From the NCBI GenBank assembly GCA_044356215.1, contig JBIKWQ010000069.1, positions 1 through 18,460 of the forward strand: a stretch of DNA of 18,460 nt, given 5' to 3'. The notes beneath the pieces are model-generated. The model saw only the letters and a program-made list of their open reading frames with translations, searched no databases and was not told the DNA's origin. Source of the stretch: Bdellovibrionota bacterium. GTDB lineage: Bacteria > Bdellovibrionota_C > UBA2361 > OMII01. Shown here piece after piece: positions 15,954-18,460 of the stretch (position 1 is the first letter of the stretch; every line of letters begins with the position of its first letter). A program made the position numbers and the translations under genes.

Positions 15954-16009
15954 CTTAAAATCCCGGGGGAGAAATCCCGTGCCGGTTCAAGTCCGGCCTT
16001 GGGCAGTCT
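15954..16009 (+). repeat. attR (duplicated tRNA-Leu 3' half)
   Basis: CTTAAAATCCCGGGGGAGAAATCCCGTGCCGGTTCAAGTCCGGCCTTGGGCAGTCT, 3 differences from attL. Confidence 0.93.
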
Positions 16010-16147
16010 GATTTATACAAAGTCCTCATCTCTTTTCGCACAACTTCAGGCCACCTTCTGACTCTCGGTGCCTCACGCGGCTCATACAAACAGACCCCGC
16101 CGACAAGTATTCTCCGTAACCTGTGAGTTACTTGGGAAGAAGGGCTT

Positions 16148-16714
16148 ATGTTGACCTCAAGCATTAAACGTTCTGTTATAACGATCGCATCCTGTGCGGT
16201 GTTTCTGTTGGCTCTTTCAACGCAGGCACAAGCAGAGTCGGCAAAGGAGTTGCAAACCTCAGCTCGCCAAGCTTTGCAAAGTCTCTATAGAACCTCTCCT
16301 GGGGCTACTGCGTTGGGGCAGAAAGCGGCTGGTGTTCTTGTGTTCCCGCAGATCATGCGTGCAGGGTTCGGTGTAGGTGGGCATTATGGGAACGGAGTCC
16401 TGTTTAAGGGGAAATCAGCGGCGGGTTATTACAACACAACCGCGGCTTCATTTGGATTTCAGATCGGGGCTGAGACCTTCGGTTACGCGGTATTCTTTAT
16501 GAGTCAGAAGGATCTCAGGTATCTCTCAAACTCAGCGGGGTGGGAGATAGGCGCGGGCGCAAGTGTTACGGTGCTCGACCAAGCGTTAGCTGAGTCGATC
16601 TCATCTTCAACAATTCAAGAGGGTATCTATGCCGCAGTCTTTGCCCAGCAGGGGCTGATGGGAGGTGTTTCACTCGAGGGAACAAAGATTACTCGGTATA
16701 CGCCCAATAAATAA
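16148..16714 (+). CDS. SYLF/Ysc84-domain lipid-binding exported protein
   Basis: Signal peptide; AAGVLVFP, GGHYGNGVL, SFGFQIGA, QQGLMGGVSLEGTKIT. Confidence 0.88.
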   Translation: MLTSSIKRSVITIASCAVFLLALSTQAQAESAKELQTSARQALQSLYRTSPGATALGQKAAGVLVFPQIMRAGFGVGGHYGNGVLFKGKSAAGYYNTTAASFGFQIGAETFGYAVFFMSQKDLRYLSNSAGWEIGAGASVTVLDQALAESISSSTIQEGIYAAVFAQQGLMGGVSLEGTKITRYTPNK

Positions 16715-16866
16715 CGCGCAAAGGCAGTTGTGTAACCATCCAGATAATCTATTCCTGTGAAGATGCACAGCCTCGGGAATTGATCGTTATTCTCTATTAT
16801 ACCTAATTGATAGTCGTTGATGGCGTCCTAAACAGCTGAGCCGTGAGACTTTTAGTTGTAAGGAAT

Positions 16867-18006
16867 TTATTGCGTCCATGTCCGCTCCTCTAACTCCTGC
16901 TTTCCGTGGGTTTTTAGTAGATCGTCGATATACTCCCGGTAGTAATCTCCAACGGGGGAATATGCGCCAAGTTTATTTAGAAGAGCAGCCGGATCACATG
17001 GACGATTGAGCGGATCCAGCATCGCATGCACGATAGATCTCACCATCAATGGAATAAATATGCTGTAACTGCTGGATACGATATTCACTTTAGAAGTTAG
17101 ATAGACCGGAGGAGTATGACCGGTGTTGTCAGATTTAATTTTTTCTTCGCCTCTATCGTTTATGCCATACCACAGCCTTCTTAGAGGGGCGGTCACGGCG
17201 ATTCTCTTGCCGTTACTTAGATAGGATGCGTTCATTTTTACAGGCTTATAGGAAGAACCGGCTCTCAGTGTTGGGCCGGCGTAGATATCGCGAGTAGAAG
17301 CTACATGAATCGCAGGAATGGACCATTCTGCGGAGGCTGTATCGCTGCGTGCGCCTTCGAAAGCGACGTCTCCAATTGTTATGATCGCCAGATGACTCCT
17401 AAGTCGGGCCGACTCCTCAGATGAGAAACCTCGTCCGACTAACTCAAGCGCTAATTCTCGATCAAATGCGTTTAATACGATCGATCCAAAGCTGAACCCA
17501 AATAGCGTGATTTTCTTGAAACGATCTGCTGTCTGTGCCACAACTTCTTGACGCTCTGCAGCCTTGATTGATTGAGGGAGATTCAGATCCATTGGTAATA
17601 GGCGCTCCTGAATAAACGACCGCGCGACAAGCGCAGCCGCCTGCGCCAACTTGGATGATGCGCCATGTTGATAGAAATCAATCATGGTATCGTTAAACTG
17701 CGGATCCTCTAGTATCTTGCCATCGTAAAATGCCGAAGTGACGGGTGTGGAGTGTGTATGTAGCTCCTTTGTTACGAATCCGCAAAATCTCTCTGCTGCT
17801 TGCTGATTCAAGAGGTCCCTCCCTCCAAAGATAACTAGATGTGGAGGGTCGCCGGTGAGAGCGCGGGAAGGGGATGCAACTGCGCCTCGATCTAATTCAA
17901 AAAACTTCGTGGTCAAAGTCTGACAGTCGAATTGCGATGTCTCCTTTGCTGGCCTCGATTGGCCGTGAGAAGGAGAAATTTTCCCGAACTGATTCATGAT
18001 ACTCAT
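16867..18006 (-). CDS. Hypothetical protein with alpha/beta-hydrolase-like features
   Basis: 379 aa; ITLFGFSFGS nucleophile-elbow pattern (GxSxG), with candidate Asp (TRDI) and His (TGHT). Confidence 0.55.
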   Translation of the reverse strand: MSIMNQFGKISPSHGQSRPAKETSQFDCQTLTTKFFELDRGAVASPSRALTGDPPHLVIFGGRDLLNQQAAERFCGFVTKELHTHSTPVTSAFYDGKILEDPQFNDTMIDFYQHGASSKLAQAAALVARSFIQERLLPMDLNLPQSIKAAERQEVVAQTADRFKKITLFGFSFGSIVLNAFDRELALELVGRGFSSEESARLRSHLAIITIGDVAFEGARSDTASAEWSIPAIHVASTRDIYAGPTLRAGSSYKPVKMNASYLSNGKRIAVTAPLRRLWYGINDRGEEKIKSDNTGHTPPVYLTSKVNIVSSSYSIFIPLMVRSIVHAMLDPLNRPCDPAALLNKLGAYSPVGDYYREYIDDLLKTHGKQELEERTWTQ

Positions 18007-18460
18007 TTACTCGGACGCGGCATAATGTGTCGTTATCCGCCTGAGATGGCGGCGCATTACAATACTGCTATAAAGGTACCACAAAGGTTCGATCTTAATA
18101 AAACAACCGCCTGCAACATCAGCCAGTGGGCCACCAATTGACCAATTTATAGGTCATCCTTCTCGCCCAGGCCCAAGCCGTCTGAATCCCTCTCCGCTGT
18201 GTAGGCGGCCACACAACTCAATGCGCCGCTGCTGAATGAGTCAATTAATATGGCGATATCACGAGATATTTAGCGATTCGTCGTTTACGACCAAGCTGCT
18301 ATCAGTCAGATCCCTAAAGAGGATGGTTGGCCCTACTTTAGTCCGGAGCGGGGGTCTTCAATTCCAAAACGCAACACCCTACTTTCAAATAGCATTATAC
18401 CCCGCCATAAATTCTTAACATACCCCGCCACCCCGCTTTTTTTATTAGCCTGAGAATCGC

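Larger units (their letters stand above)
2241..16009. mobile_element. tRNA-Leu-integrated genomic island (defence island) with interrupted integrase
   Basis: att direct repeats at both ends, tyrosine integrase next to the tRNA, and RM-like and antitoxin cargo. Confidence 0.92.

Noticed and set aside
15954..16009. Second tRNA gene
   Set aside because: Only the 3' half is present; there is no acceptor 5' strand or D-arm. It is an att repeat.
2241..16009. Prophage or PICI
   Set aside because: No structural, terminase, primase or replicase genes. The only primase-like domain belongs to the IS.
18236..18460. 60-aa ORF and possible terminator at the window end
   Set aside because: No SD or motif for the ORF, and the C-rich/T-run segment has no pairing partner inside the window.

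Overview
The window opens with a housekeeping aspS gene and tRNA-Leu(TAA). A ~13.7-kb integrative island sits in the tRNA, bounded by 56-bp att direct repeats at 2241-2296 and 15954-16009. Its tyrosine integrase is split by an intact 3397-bp IS21-family element (3217-6613, GGTGG target duplication). This IS is unusual: istA/istB are flanked by two extra Cys-rich zinc-finger ORFs (one DnaG CHC2-like), a structured 5' leader and very asymmetric terminal repeats. The island cargo is an atypical restriction-modification-like operon (HTH_17 regulator, an MTase-like protein lacking NPPY, a full N6-adenine MTase, a T5orf172/GIY-YIG-SF2 helicase and an HhH remnant). It also carries small ORFs including a nonsense-mutated RHH gene, an orphan Panacea/DUF4065 antitoxin and an exported protein. 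A ~200-bp palindromic MITE-like repeat occurs twice (window start and 15711-15919). Beyond the island lie a SYLF/Ysc84 protein and an alpha/beta-hydrolase-like ORF. All family assignments come from motif recognition by eye; no searches were run.
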